Of a stretch of DNA of 64,000 nt, positions 27,518 to 40,567 are shown piece by piece. The notes under the pieces were generated by a model, which saw only the letters and a list, made by a program, of their open reading frames with translations, did no database searches and was not told the origin of the DNA. The position numbers were made by a program, and so were the translations under genes. Origin of the DNA: Octopus vulgaris (Eukaryota); contig OX597829.1 in assembly GCA_951406725.2 (NCBI GenBank), forward strand, positions 6,758,001-6,822,000, written 5' to 3'. How positions within the stretch are numbered: the first letter of the stretch is position 1; each line of letters starts with the position of its first letter.

Positions 27518-27518
<1 letters not shown>

Positions 27519-27610
<92 letters not shown>

Positions 27611-27635
27611 TATATACATATATACATAAATATAT

Positions 27636-27667
<32 letters not shown>

Positions 27668-27689
27668 AAATATATATACATAAATATAT

Positions 27690-27721
<32 letters not shown>

Positions 27722-27743
27722 AAATATATATACATAAATATAT

Positions 27744-27775
<32 letters not shown>

Positions 27776-27777
27776 AA

Positions 27778-27808
<31 letters not shown>

Positions 27809-27946
27809 CATATATATACATATATATATATATATATAAATATATATACATATATATATAAATACATATACATATATATATATATAAATATATATACATA
27901 CATATATATATATATATAAATATATATACATACATATATATATATA

Positions 27947-27994
<48 letters not shown>
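27519..27994. repeat. Long interrupted (TA)n microsatellite
   Basis: Directly visible. Confidence 0.98.
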
Positions 27995-27996
<2 letters not shown>

Positions 27997-28205
27997 CTAT
28001 CTTGTCTGTAAAAGATTTGTGACTATTTGGTGGTACAGAAGTATTTTTGACTTCTATCATTAGCGATATAGGTACTCATGTAGTACCCTTGTGTATATAT
28101 GTACATATCTAATATTGTATGTGCATATTTTATTAATTTGCCTGCACGTTTGATAATTCGCTTACCACTTGTGATGCTATTTTAATAATACCATCCGTAT
28201 ATGTA

Positions 28206-28303
<98 letters not shown>

Positions 28304-28405
28304 AATATATACACGATCAGAATACAGTTGGCAAGATTTCTGTCATAAGTGTACTTAATATGAAGTTAACTACTATTACTGCTACTATTCCTGCTGCTAC
28401 TGCTG

Positions 28406-28441
<36 letters not shown>

Positions 28442-28749
28442 TACTTGCTAAAACGAAACGAAAGTTTGCAAAATTTATGTTAGTATTATTGAGTGGCCAT
28501 AGGTTGGGATAAAAATTCAAACTTTAGACTCTTTTCTTTTCTCTTTTTTTTTTTTTTTTACAAAAATACAATTTTTCATTCCTCATATTGTCCTATATTT
28601 TAAAGGGGCAACTATTAGTTATTTCGATTTCACTACGTATTGTTTCCATTTTGGGAATGCGTATATATATATATGTCTGTGGTGTATGTCCCACGAACAG
28701 GAACGTGAAATTCTGAGTATCTATCTATATCTGTGTGTGTGTGTGTGTG

Positions 28750-29240
28750 TGCGTGTATCTTTTATCTTTTAGTTGCTTCAATCATTAGACTATTGCCAAA
28801 CTGGAACAAAGCCTTCGAGAATCCATTTTTTTTTTTTTTATTTAGGATTTGGACTTATTATGTTGGTCTCAGTACTGAACCGCTCGCTAATTTACGGAGA
28901 CGTAAGCAAACCAACACTGGATGTGAAGCGATGGTGGGAGATAAACACAGGCACCTAGACAGACATATATACATACACACGCACGTACAAATACATACAC
29001 ACACACAAATACGCACACAAACACACGAAGGTACACGCACGCACACACACACACATGCACACACACACACACACACATACACACACACACACACACACAC
29101 ATGACAGCCGTCTTTCAGTTTTCGTCTACCAAAAGACTTTGGTCAGCACGAGACTATTGTAGAAGACAATGGCACGCAATGGGGCTTAACCCGGAACCGT
29201 GTATTTGGGGAGCAACCTTCTTACCACACAACTATGCCTA
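28750..29240 (-). mobile_element. SINE family A, degenerate, with an expanded internal CA tract
   Basis: ggagacgtaagcaaaccaacactgg and ctttcagttttcgtctaccaaa...aacccggaacc match family A. Confidence 0.75.
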
Positions 29241-29343
29241 CACATGCATGTATGTATGTTTGTATGTATGTATGTATGTGTATTTATGTATTAGGTGAAT
29301 TGAAGCCATTTAAGCATCTCCCGTCAGTGTGTGAGTATATCTA

Positions 29344-29371
<28 letters not shown>

Positions 29372-29374
<3 letters not shown>

Positions 29375-29579
29375 TTTTTACTCTTTTCTTTCATTTCTTT
29401 CAGTCATTTGACTGCGGCCATGCTGGAGCACCGTCTTTAGTCGAACAAATTGACCCCAGGACTTATTCTTTGTCAGTCGAGTACTTGTCCAATCGTCTCT
29501 TTTGCCGAACTAGGGACGTAAACACACCAACATCGGTTGTCAAGTGATGGTGGGGAACAAACACAGACACACAAACATA

Positions 29580-29620
<41 letters not shown>

Positions 29621-29959
29621 ACATATTTATCTGAGACCCCCTTCGGTCACGACACAGACCATGGGATTGCACCTAGAAAGTTACCCTCCCAGGCACAAGT
29701 CCGGGCAAGGTTGTTTATGGAAGACTCGCAGTCGCCCATGCATATCGGCCTCCCCTCTCCACACAACCAGTGTTATCCAAGGGAAAGGCAAAGGGGCCGA
29801 TACATCTTGGCACCTGTGACGTCGCAACTCATTTCTACAGCTGAGTGAACTGGTGCAACGGGAAATAAAGTGTCTTGCTCAAGAACACAACACGCAGCTC
29901 GGTCCGGGATTCGAGCTCACAACCTTACGATCGTAAGCTCGACGCTCTAACCACTGAGC

Positions 29960-30028
<69 letters not shown>

Positions 30029-30168
30029 GACAGGCTTCTTTCAGTTTCCGTCTACCAAATCCACTTACAAGGCTTTAGTCGGCCCGAGGCTATAGTAGAA
30101 GACAGCTTCCGAAGCTGCCGGAACGTGTGGTTGGTAAGCAAGCTACTTAGCACACAGCCACTCCTGCG

Positions 30169-30171
<3 letters not shown>
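29372..30171 (-). mobile_element. SINE family A split by a family D insertion
   Basis: A tail at 29372-29575 and A head at 30024-30171 flank SINE D. Confidence 0.85.
29632..29961 (-). mobile_element. SINE family D (tRNA head plus CORE-like central domain) nested in SINE A
   Basis: Minus strand tggctcagtggttagagcgtcg head and cttgagcaagacactttatttcc...cactcagctgtagaaatgag core; homologous to 38087-38425. Confidence 0.85.
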
Positions 30172-30239
<68 letters not shown>

Positions 30240-30986
30240 TGTTATGAAATTCTATAAATGGCAGGGTATTATGCTAATAAAACTAAATAAATGAAACTGA
30301 TACAATCTCCTTACTCTTATCAAAAAATGTCTAAGTATTTGTAAAGCACGCATTTTGGAAAAGCTGTGCTTGTGACACTTCGGAAGGATTTCTACACACA
30401 AATCCCACAATACATGCATAAAATTTCCCATCACACTTGTTTTTTTTTATACTCTTATATCTAATTACCTCATATTCCATGCCTAATTAATAAATAGTTA
30501 TTATCATTAGCAAAATCAGCTGCATCAATAGTATTAGTAATGATAATAGTCAACGGGTTACAATATTTTATGAGGTCACTCTGTTTATTTCTCACTCACT
30601 TTCTCTCACTCTTCTTTCTTACTCCACCACACTCTATTTTTTCTTTTGTTTTTAAATTCTTCTCTTAAGAAATTCGAGATTGCTATGTTTGTTTTGGATT
30701 ATTTCAAAAGCGGATTTATTCAATTGCTAAAGGTGATTAGGTGATTTATGTAATGTAAACCAATTGCCGAGTTAATATAACTGTAAGTACATTACTCTGA
30801 TCTAAGTGGACATAATATTAAGTCGATCAAGTTGATTTTATACTTATACGATTTATAGGGGTCACTTACGTTTTCTTCACTCACTATTTTAACAGCTGTT
30901 TCTTATGATGACTTCCATCAGGAAATCTATTAGGAAAATAATGCATATAAACAAAAATAGCAACGAAAATGATGATGATGATGACG

Positions 30987-31019
<33 letters not shown>

Positions 31020-33521
31020 GTAATAATAATAATAATAATAATATAACAAAAACAGTGCCGTAATTAGGCAAGCTGCCTTGGGTAAAAGTAGAAATCAGTG
31101 AACAACTTGTAATAATAATTATGCCTTTGCGAAGAATATTAATGCAGTAAGTGGATCCGTTCCAAGTGGGAATTTTAATTCAGTAGCAGATTGCATTCAT
31201 AATGAGTGCATTTGCTTTACATCCGCTAGCTGACATTACTACATTGTGATTGCACCTCCACTCGCACTGCCATCATCACAACATAGAACTTCATACTCAA
31301 TGAATACACAGTTCTAAGAGTGTAAACAAATTTTGTCAATAAATAATAACAAAAATAGTCATCAGGATAAATTACTAAAGTAGAGCAATTCAGAAATATT
31401 AGTTGTCAAGGCAGAAAATGTTTGTGAAAGAAATACAGCGAAAGACTGAGGTTACGATAGAGTAACATGACTCTGCATTCAGGACAAGTTGATGTTCTTT
31501 AACATGGCGAGGAAAGATCTAACAATATTGCCATATATAATTTTCTTTATGGACACAGATAAAGTATAAAACTGAAGGGATCTCATAGAAAAGAGAAATA
31601 TAAACAGTTTGTACAAGCATTCAAATAAGGATTTCAGAGTTTGGACTGATTTCTGAATTTAGATTAAGCGTGTAATCAATTTCCTCACCCAAGTTAAGAA
31701 CCTCAGTAAAACTAGACCTGTCGCACTAACACAAGTAAAAATAAAATGAATGGTCGATATTCTTCAAAAACAGAATAGCAATTCAGAGGTCAGAAAATAT
31801 TAACATTTCAGAAATAAAAGTTGTGTTTCTTAACAGGGACAACAAAATAGTTCCCAACGCAACGCAAATTCTAGCAATGGTTTCAAAGAATGTGAGATAT
31901 GTTAATGACTAACCAGTTACATATAACTAGTAAATATAGGAACATGATGGAAAACATTAAAACTGATTCCCCGTCAAAATTAGGTTTGATAAAATAACTC
32001 GAGTAATCTCATAGAAACGTATATCACTTGTATATAAGGCAAAACGGTGAATGAGATATTTAATTCTATATATACTTGCCCTTTTGTCATGTGTTCATTA
32101 AAATGGCACTTCAGGAATTATGGTTAATTTCTACCGTCACATCGACGATGATTGAGAATTAGGATTGATTTTTCCTCCATTTCTGGCGATAAAATTTGTC
32201 GTTTGCCGTACTGGAGTTTTATTCGAAAGGAAGACACGGATTTTCAGCATTCTCTAAAACAGGTGAATGACCTGTTTTTTTTTTCTCCATTAGATATACC
32301 GAGAGGCCTGGGGTTTACACGGGATCCAGGTCACTTGCTGACATAGATGTGGCAACAACTGCGAATCTATTCATGACGTACGTGTGAGGCTTTAAGGCAG
32401 CGCTTTTACTGGACACTTTCGGATATGCAATGCATGGGAGAGCGTAATGGATTTTAGTATCTACATTAGTATCTAATGGAATTCAGTATCTATCGCAAGT
32501 ATATATTGTAATTATACAGAAGAGGCAATACCTTATGTGAGACTAATACGAACAACTGTAATAGTATAATTACTGTTCAGCTGCACATACATGACTGACA
32601 TTGATACACTCACACTTGGCCACTTGCAGAAATTACTGCAGCGATTCCTCTACAGTGAGCAGGTGTGGTTGCCGTTCGCGAGGTGCGTTCTTCTGCAGCT
32701 AGTTTCCTTGACGGAAGTTCAATCCTGCATGAAACACAATTGAATACCTGGCATCCACGTGACTGGGCTAGCCAATTGTTATTAGGCAGTGATAGCTGGG
32801 AAATCTGTCCACCTTCAATCTATATAAAGTTTTAATTGTAAGAAAAGGCAATAGCGTTCATGAAGAAGTTCTAAACGTCAACGAAAAGGAACAGGCTTCT
32901 CTCACACGGGGATCATTTGATGGGGGACTAGTATGAATATCTCCCAGGAATCGTTCGCATGGGAGCATTACAGACAGACTGGAACCGATTCAGGATGAAG
33001 TTTACAGACACAGGAATGTTGTTTGGCAACACTGTCCGAGACTCGTGCAGACCAAAGAAACTGTTTTGCAAATATTCAATTTGGCTTGGAATTGCTGACT
33101 TGTGGATTTTTGCCTAACATATAGTGGTGTGTGAAATGGAGTCGGTTTGTTGGCGAAATCGTTGTGATGATTGCCACGTGACCTTTCTTTCAAGACAGCT
33201 GTCAGTTTTCTTCTCACTATAACGGAAAAGGTTGTGTGGAAGACGAGACTATATGATAGCAATGTTTGGGAACAGACAATTGCACATTTAGTCAAGCCTT
33301 CGACAACGTTTTTAGGTATTACTTGAAAAGAAATGTGACTATAGTAAGGCAGATTCTACATTCAAGATAATTTCTTAAAAGGCGGTATCAAAATAGACAA
33401 AGCACCCAAACATATATTTTTATACATATTTATATTTATTTTTTCAATACAACAATCTTTTCCACACGTGTATATCTTTCTGATATTGATTTCCTAATAT
33501 TATTAATAATATATCATTAAA

Positions 33522-33567
<46 letters not shown>

Positions 33568-33743
33568 AAAGTAAGATAGGGGTTATGGGTGTAACCCACT
33601 ATGGGATATCATATATCCAATATACTGTTGGTAAATATCCGTAAGTTGATGAACAAACTAAATTTGTTTCACCATTTTCTTATTTGTATTATATATATAT
33701 ATATGTATGTATGTATGTATGTATATATATATATATATGTATG

Positions 33744-33784
<41 letters not shown>

Positions 33785-33905
33785 TCACTCGTATTAAATA
33801 TATAAATACTTTAATAGTATTAATACTTTGATACAATGGAGTACTCAGTATAAATTCATTATATAATATTCTCATTGAATATATTTAACTAAAGATTTAT
33901 TATTA

Positions 33906-33972
<67 letters not shown>

Positions 33973-33982
33973 GTTATTATTG

Positions 33983-34085
33983 CCCGAGACAGCAGTGCCT
34001 GCGTTTAAAGAGACACTGGGTTACAATATACGAAACCAGAATACCTATCATGACTATCCGTCTGATAAGAGTACACCAGACACAG
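33983..34085 (-). mobile_element. Short end fragment of the (TAA)n-associated element at 34718-35264
   Basis: Reverse-complement match to ~35160-35262; abuts (TTA)n. Confidence 0.75.
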
Positions 34086-34161
34086 ACACACACACACATG
34101 TTTAGCAAATCGAGTGACTGCCTAGGGTTACTATTCTTTTGCTTCCTTCACTATTTTTTTA

Positions 34162-34253
34162 TATCTCTGAAGAGCAAAAGCGTTGTCTATAGATGCTTAT
34201 CAATATAGGATTCCATTATAGGGACAATTCTTCTGCGAAACGATCGTAAGATG
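34162..34253 (+). ncRNA. Type I hammerhead ribozyme motif with a long helix II
   Basis: TATCT CTGAAGA GCAAAAG..TTGTC.....GACAA..CTTCTGC GAAA CGATCG TA AGATG. The core is intact, helix I is TATCT/AGATG, helix III is the palindrome ACGATCGT, and the predicted cut follows GUA at 34248. Confidence 0.8.
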
Positions 34254-34431
34254 CTTTAAATAATTAATTCAAAACTTTTAAACTGTCATATACATTATAT
34301 ATTTATACTTATACATATTCATATTTATTTATATATTTTTAATACAAGAATCATTTTTCACGCGTGTTTATCTTTCTGAGGTGTTTTGATATTGATATCC
34401 TAATATTAATAAAATATTATTGAAAAATATG

Positions 34432-34433
<2 letters not shown>

Positions 34434-34487
<54 letters not shown>

Positions 34488-34542
34488 CAAATACAACAAC
34501 AACAATAAAAATAACAACAACAATAATAATAATAATAATAAG

Positions 34543-34588
<46 letters not shown>

Positions 34589-34678
34589 TTAATATTAATA
34601 ACAACAAATACAACAACAACAATAACAATAACAACAACAATAATAATAATAATAATGATAATAATAATAATAATAATG

Positions 34679-34717
<39 letters not shown>
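34434..34717. repeat. (AAT)n microsatellite
   Basis: Directly visible. Confidence 0.97.
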
Positions 34718-34720
<3 letters not shown>

Positions 34721-35264
34721 GCCCTGATGTAGTACCAGGCAGTGGCTCTCATGGCATCTGATCTTAACTGATTGGAAGTGTTATCATGTACATTGTTTTG
34801 TCTTAGTATTGGCTACAGCAAATATTCTGCTCAATACCACAGATTTGCTTGTCAGTTGTTTGACTTTAACCATTTGAGCATGTCCCATAGTGGCTGACGA
34901 TATGTGCATCTCTGATCACGAGCAGTAGTGAGGGAGCATTATAGCCATGTGTTGAGAGGGATTGTTTTGGGTTTGAATAATTCACCTCTGGAAACATGGG
35001 TGGTTCTTTCAACATCCTTAAACAACCCTTATTCAGGGACCTTTTGAGCAGGATGGGTTACTCGACCAGAAGAAAATTCTAACTGGGCCCCACCTGCAAG
35101 GTCATGTGCTGCTTATCTTGATATGAGATCACCATGTCGCGCACATATGGTTGTGATGCATGTGCCTGGTGTACCCTTATCAGACGGGTAGTCATGATGG
35201 GTATATTGGGCTTCGTATATTTTACCCCAGTGTCACTTTGATGGCATGAACTGCTCTCTCACTC
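34718..35264 (+). mobile_element. Non-coding interspersed element inserted in (TAA)n (non-autonomous retroelement or LINE UTR)
   Basis: Complex sequence bounded on both sides by TAA repeats; partial second copy at 33983-34085. Strand inferred from TAA orientation. Confidence 0.6.
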
Positions 35265-35283
35265 AATAATAATAATAATAATA

Positions 35284-36090
35284 ACTCGGCTAAACTAAAT
35301 GCAAAAGAAATAGACAAAGAAAAATCCCAGCAATTGTTGAGAAGCTCAGGACTCAAAGCAGAAACTGAATAATTTTTAATTGCAGCACAAGACCAAAGCC
35401 TCCCCACCAGAAATTACCAAAAACATGTAATGAAAAACAAAAAACATAACAAGTAAGTGCAGAATATGTGGAGATGGACAAGAAACAATAAATCATATTA
35501 TCTCTGCCTGCCCAGTCCTGGATAAGAAGGAATATACGACAGAGTTGGGACCTACATACACTGGAAGCTATGCCAACATTGTGGAATAACAACAGAAAAA
35601 AGATGGTATAGGCACACACCAGAAAAGGTCACAGAAAACGAGAAAGCAACCATACTCTGGGATATGCCAATACACACAGATAGAGAAATTAAGGCGAACA
35701 GGCCAGATATAGTTGTCAGAGCTCAAGAAGAAAAAATGATTTCTAATTGATGTATTAATACCAGCAGATGACAACGTTTCGCTAAAAGAAATGGAGAAAC
35801 TTTCAAAATACAAAAACCTGGAAATGGAGGTAACTTGAATGTGGAATCTAAAAGCAGAAACAATTCCTATCATTGTAGGTGCATTAGGCATGATAAAAAA
35901 ATATTCAGACAAATACATTACAAAAACACCAAGACTTATAAATATATATAACATACAGAAAATTGCACTACTAGGCACCGCACACATCCTACGCAGAACA
36001 CTTTCCATACAGTAACCATCAAAGCATCACAACAAATCACAACACATACCCAAGGCACACAGAGCACGTGATAATAAGACTACTGAATAC
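35284..36090 (+). mobile_element. 5'-truncated R4/Dong-clade LINE (CCHC knuckle plus restriction-like endonuclease and 3' UTR) in (TAA)n
   Basis: Manual translation: AAQDQSLPTRNY, KCRICGDGQETINHIISACP, ILWDMPIHTDREIKANRPDIVV, EKLSKYKNL, IPIIVGALG, IQKIALLGTAHILRRTL, with stops. Dong elements are known to target TAA repeats. Confidence 0.92.
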
Positions 36091-36117
36091 TACTACTACT
36101 ACTACTACTACTATTAC

Positions 36118-36149
<32 letters not shown>

Positions 36150-36835
36150 GTATGATTTGATGAAGATAATGATGATCATGATCATGAGGATAAATTTACA
36201 TAGGACACTTGTCCTATATTTTGCACAGTTTGTCAAGACATTTCACTCTAATTTAGGCGAAATCTGCTCGAGGTGAAGCTCGTGTGTTGTATTTGTAATT
36301 TGTTGTATTTTATATTACGTAATGTTTATTTTTCATCTTTTAGTTATCTACTGATGTCGTCAAAAGTTTAATACTAAACTCGATTTCTTAGGATATTATA
36401 TGTCTTCTTAACCTTCGTTTTGTATGCATTCCGTTCGTCTACTAGAGATAATTTCTTAGTTTATTTTACATTTTACCATTTCTGGATTGTCTGGATAGTG
36501 CTTTGTTAGCACATACTTTCGGATATATAATTTTGACTGATATTTTCTGAATACGTTGAATATTCTCTGAATATTTTCTAAATACGCTGACGATCATCGC
36601 CATTCTATTGTGTATTTACCAATTAAAGATGTGATCTTTCTCCGTTCTTATTCTTCTTTTCTACTCTTATACTTCTTGAAATTCTTCTCAACGATATTTG
36701 CATTTACTTATCATAGATGAGGGAATTTCCTGGCATTTATTCTCCTGGCATTTATTGGTGTCTGATTGTTTGATATAATTAACCAAATTCGTTTAACACG
36801 TAATGTTTTATAGATATCTGCTAGGGTTCTTTTCA

Positions 36836-36906
<71 letters not shown>

Positions 36907-36910
<4 letters not shown>

Positions 36911-36990
36911 GGCGGACTGATATGAAAATGGCGGTGCCCCAGCGTGGCCACAGCTCGTGAGCTGAAACTAGATGAAATAAAAACATAAAA
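36907..36990 (+). mobile_element. Extremely 5'-truncated CR1/L2-group LINE tail
   Basis: ggcggtgccccagcgtggccacagctcgtgagctgaaac matches the tail at 22877-22920; embedded in (TA)n. Confidence 0.75.
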
Positions 36991-37057
36991 TATATATATA
37001 AATATATCTATTTGTGTGTGCGTGTGTGTAACTATGTATGTCTGTATGCTTGTATAC

Positions 37058-37102
<45 letters not shown>

Positions 37103-37105
<3 letters not shown>

Positions 37106-37500
37106 TTTACTCTTTTACTTGTTTCAGTCATTTGACTGCGGCCATGCTGGAGCACCGCCTTTAGTCGAGCAAATCCACCCCGGGACTTATTCTTTGTAAG
37201 CCCACTACTTATTCTATCGGTTTCTTTTGCCGAACCGCTAAGTGACGGCGACGTAAACACACTAGCATAGGTTGTCAAGCAATGCTAGGGGGACAAGCAC
37301 AGACACACAAACATACACGCACATACATATATATACATATATACGACGGGCTTCTTTCAGTTTCCGCCTACCAAATCCACTCACAAGGCTTTGGTCGGCC
37401 TGAGGCTATAGTAGAAGACACTAGCCCAAGGTGCCACGCAGTGGGACTGAACCCGGAACCATGTAGTTGGTAAACAAGCTACTTACCGCACAGCCACTCC

Positions 37501-37503
<3 letters not shown>
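37103..37503 (-). mobile_element. SINE family A, nearly full length
   Basis: Well-preserved reverse complement of 4284-4684. Confidence 0.92.
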
Positions 37504-37537
<34 letters not shown>

Positions 37538-37689
37538 CTACAAAATTAGAAAATGGAGAAACATACTTAAATCAATAAAACATCAACTATCAGATGATAC
37601 CCAATCAATACTTTATTACACCATTACATTGGGTACCTATCTAGCAGTATACTGGATATATGTTATCCCATGGTGGGTTGAATTTTCAA

Positions 37690-38001
37690 CCCCGTCTGTT
37701 ACGACGACGAGAATTCCAGTTGATCGGATCAACGGAACAGCTTACTCACGAACTTAACGTGCAAGTGGCTGAGCACTCCACAGACACGCGTACCCTCAAC
37801 GTAGATCTCGGAGAAATTCAGCGTAACACAGAGTGTGACGAAGCTGGCCATTTGAAATACGGTTCCTACTTATTTTCTCAGCTGATTGGACTGGAGCAAT
37901 TAGAAATAAAGTGTCTTGCTCAAAGACACAACGCGTCGCTCGAAATCGAACTCATGAACTTGCTATATTCAGTCGAAAAATCTAACCATTAAGCCACGCG
38001 C
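37690..38001 (-). mobile_element. SINE with a D-type head and core and a B-type 3' half
   Basis: 37690-37860 matches the B tail; 37878-38001 matches the D core (ttgagcaagacactttatttc...tcagctg) and a tRNA-like head. Confidence 0.8.
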
Positions 38002-38086
38002 TTTTACACACATACACACACAGACACACAATATGTATGTGTGTGTATGTGTGTGTGAGAGAGAGAGAGAGAGAGAGTGTGTAAAT

Positions 38087-38425
38087 CCGCATTGCTCAGT
38101 GGTCAGAGCGTCGGGCTCACAAACATATGGCAGTGAGTTCGATTCCAGGTCTAGTCTGTGTGTTGTGTTCTTACGCAAAACACTTTATATTTACGTTGCT
38201 TGAGTTCGCTCAGCTGTAGAAATGTGTAGAATTGAGATGTCACTGGTACAAAGCTGTATGAGTCTTTGTCTTGGATAACATCAGTGACATGGAGAAGGGG
38301 GACTGATATGCATGAATGACTTCTGGTCTTCCATAAACAACCTTTTTTAGACTTGTGGCTCAGTGGGGAACTATGTAGGTGCAATGTCATGGTCATTCAT
38401 GGCTGAAGAGGGTCTTTACCCTTTA
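38087..38425 (+). mobile_element. SINE family D, degenerate
   Basis: gctcagtggtcagagcgtcg head, gagttcgattcc B-box, core and tail homologous to 29632-29961. Confidence 0.8.
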
Positions 38426-38564
38426 TATATATATCAGGTAGCCAGCATGTGAATAAAAACTTTCAAAAGTAATAATGTTTATTAAAATTATAATTTTGGC
38501 TATCTAAGAGATACCACTACGCTGGAAATAGCAGCTAAAACTTGACTCTAAAACCACATTAATA

Positions 38565-39302
38565 TGGTGACTTTCGACCAAGGACGTATTAAATTAAGCT
38601 GGTGTGTGTGGGAGTAAAAGCCTTACGGCAGAGATACAAGATTTCACAGGCACAGGGAAGAATATAGATGTTGCACGGACGACGGCCGAACCAAGAAAAA
38701 ATATCAGGCTTGGCCGAATTCCGGTCACGTGATGAGAGAGGAGAGAGAGGTAGAGGCAGAGGGACAGAAGAAATAAGGAAGGGCGAGAAAAATGAGAGGG
38801 ACACAGTGAAGTGAAAAGAGGAGGGAAAGTGAGCAAGAAGAGTAGGCAGGGAAATGTGAGAGAGGGGAAACGAAAGAACGAAGAGTGGAAAGGGCACGAT
38901 TTGTGTCCTTGACACACATACAAAATGGGACTAGAACGCAAAACATCCAGACAGTTAGTTGATACAAAAAAGGGACAAAAAACATTATGACAGATGATGT
39001 TGTTATGTCCTGTTATTTGTATTTGTGTAACATTCTCCGTTTTTTTCCGTCCCTGGTTCCGTTTACATTCGCTGCTTTCTTCCAAGGAATCTAATGCTCT
39101 TAGCTCAGTTTTTCCTTGGGGCTGATAAGATTGAAGCAATCTCGACTATAACTAGCCGAAATTGCAAAGATAATCTGGAACTCGACTGAGGAAAGAAAAC
39201 TCCGAATGACCAGTCCTTGTTTTCTCATTATCGTCAGTCTGGATGTTTCGTTGTTCTTTTTTTGTATCATATGTGTGGATGTTTTGCATTCTTGTCCCAT
39301 TT

Positions 39303-39305
<3 letters not shown>
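38565..39305. mobile_element. Family E repeat: two arms in inverted orientation, one circularly permuted
   Basis: 38565-38987 corresponds to 3115-3316, then extra purine-rich sequence, then the start of the 2797 copy. 38990-39305 is the reverse complement of roughly 2800-3115. Confidence 0.75.
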
Positions 39306-39365
<60 letters not shown>

Positions 39366-39413
39366 GTACATATATATATATATGTATATATGTACATATA
39401 TATATATATGTAC

Positions 39414-39470
<57 letters not shown>

Positions 39471-39662
39471 TATACATATATATATATACATATACATATG
39501 TGTGTGTATGTATGTTATATGTACATATATAAGCATTAAAAAACCTGTATTTTTGGTATCCAATGTGTCTTTTCGCTTTTTTTCTTCTTACTTTCCCCAT
39601 ATCTTTTCCACGTGTAGTTTCTTTTTGAGATGTATCTCTATTATATATATATATATATATAT

Positions 39663-39780
39663 AAGATTGCGCGGGCACAGGGAAGAATGTTGCACGGACG
39701 GCGGACGAACCAGGTAAGAAAGATCAGACTTGGCCGAACACCGGTCACGTGAGGAGAGAAGTGAGAGAGTTAGGGACAGA
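39663..39780. mobile_element. Family E fragment
   Basis: ggcacagggaagaatgttgcacggacg...cttggccgaacaccggtcacgtga matches 38650-38735. Confidence 0.8.
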
Positions 39781-39793
39781 AGGACATACATAC

Positions 39794-39832
<39 letters not shown>

Positions 39833-39833
39833 C

Positions 39834-39870
<37 letters not shown>

Positions 39871-39974
39871 AAGTCAATAATGAAGATAAGCTGTTTAGGG
39901 ACATTAAATATATCAAATATAACAGTTTGGGTATGACATAGAAAATACGTATATATATATATATATACAGACAC

Positions 39975-39975
39975 G

Positions 39976-40018
<43 letters not shown>

Positions 40019-40047
40019 GCACACACACACACACACACACAAGCACG

Positions 40048-40106
<59 letters not shown>

Positions 40107-40157
40107 GCACACACACACACACACATGCACACACACACACGCACACACGCACGCACG

Positions 40158-40220
<63 letters not shown>

Positions 40221-40235
40221 GCACGCACGCACGCA

Positions 40236-40303
<68 letters not shown>

Positions 40304-40305
40304 TA
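39975..40305. repeat. (CA)n/(CACG)n microsatellite
   Basis: Directly visible. Confidence 0.98.
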
Positions 40306-40567
40306 CAAGCAAAACGAGAGAAAGCAAAAATTGGAGAATTTCAGGTGCTGAATTTGTAAGTATAAATATATAGATATTTATATTAATAAGTCCGACTTAT
40401 ACAGTGTACAAACGACAGAGAAACTTAAAGCGGAGGAAGAAAAGTTGTTTCCGGGGGTTCGAAGATCCATAATAATGTTGGTATATATTGTTCATCACAG
40501 TTATAATTCATTCATCGTCGGAAAGTGTCTACGGCTTCCTTTCTTTCGCTTTGCATATATACATATG

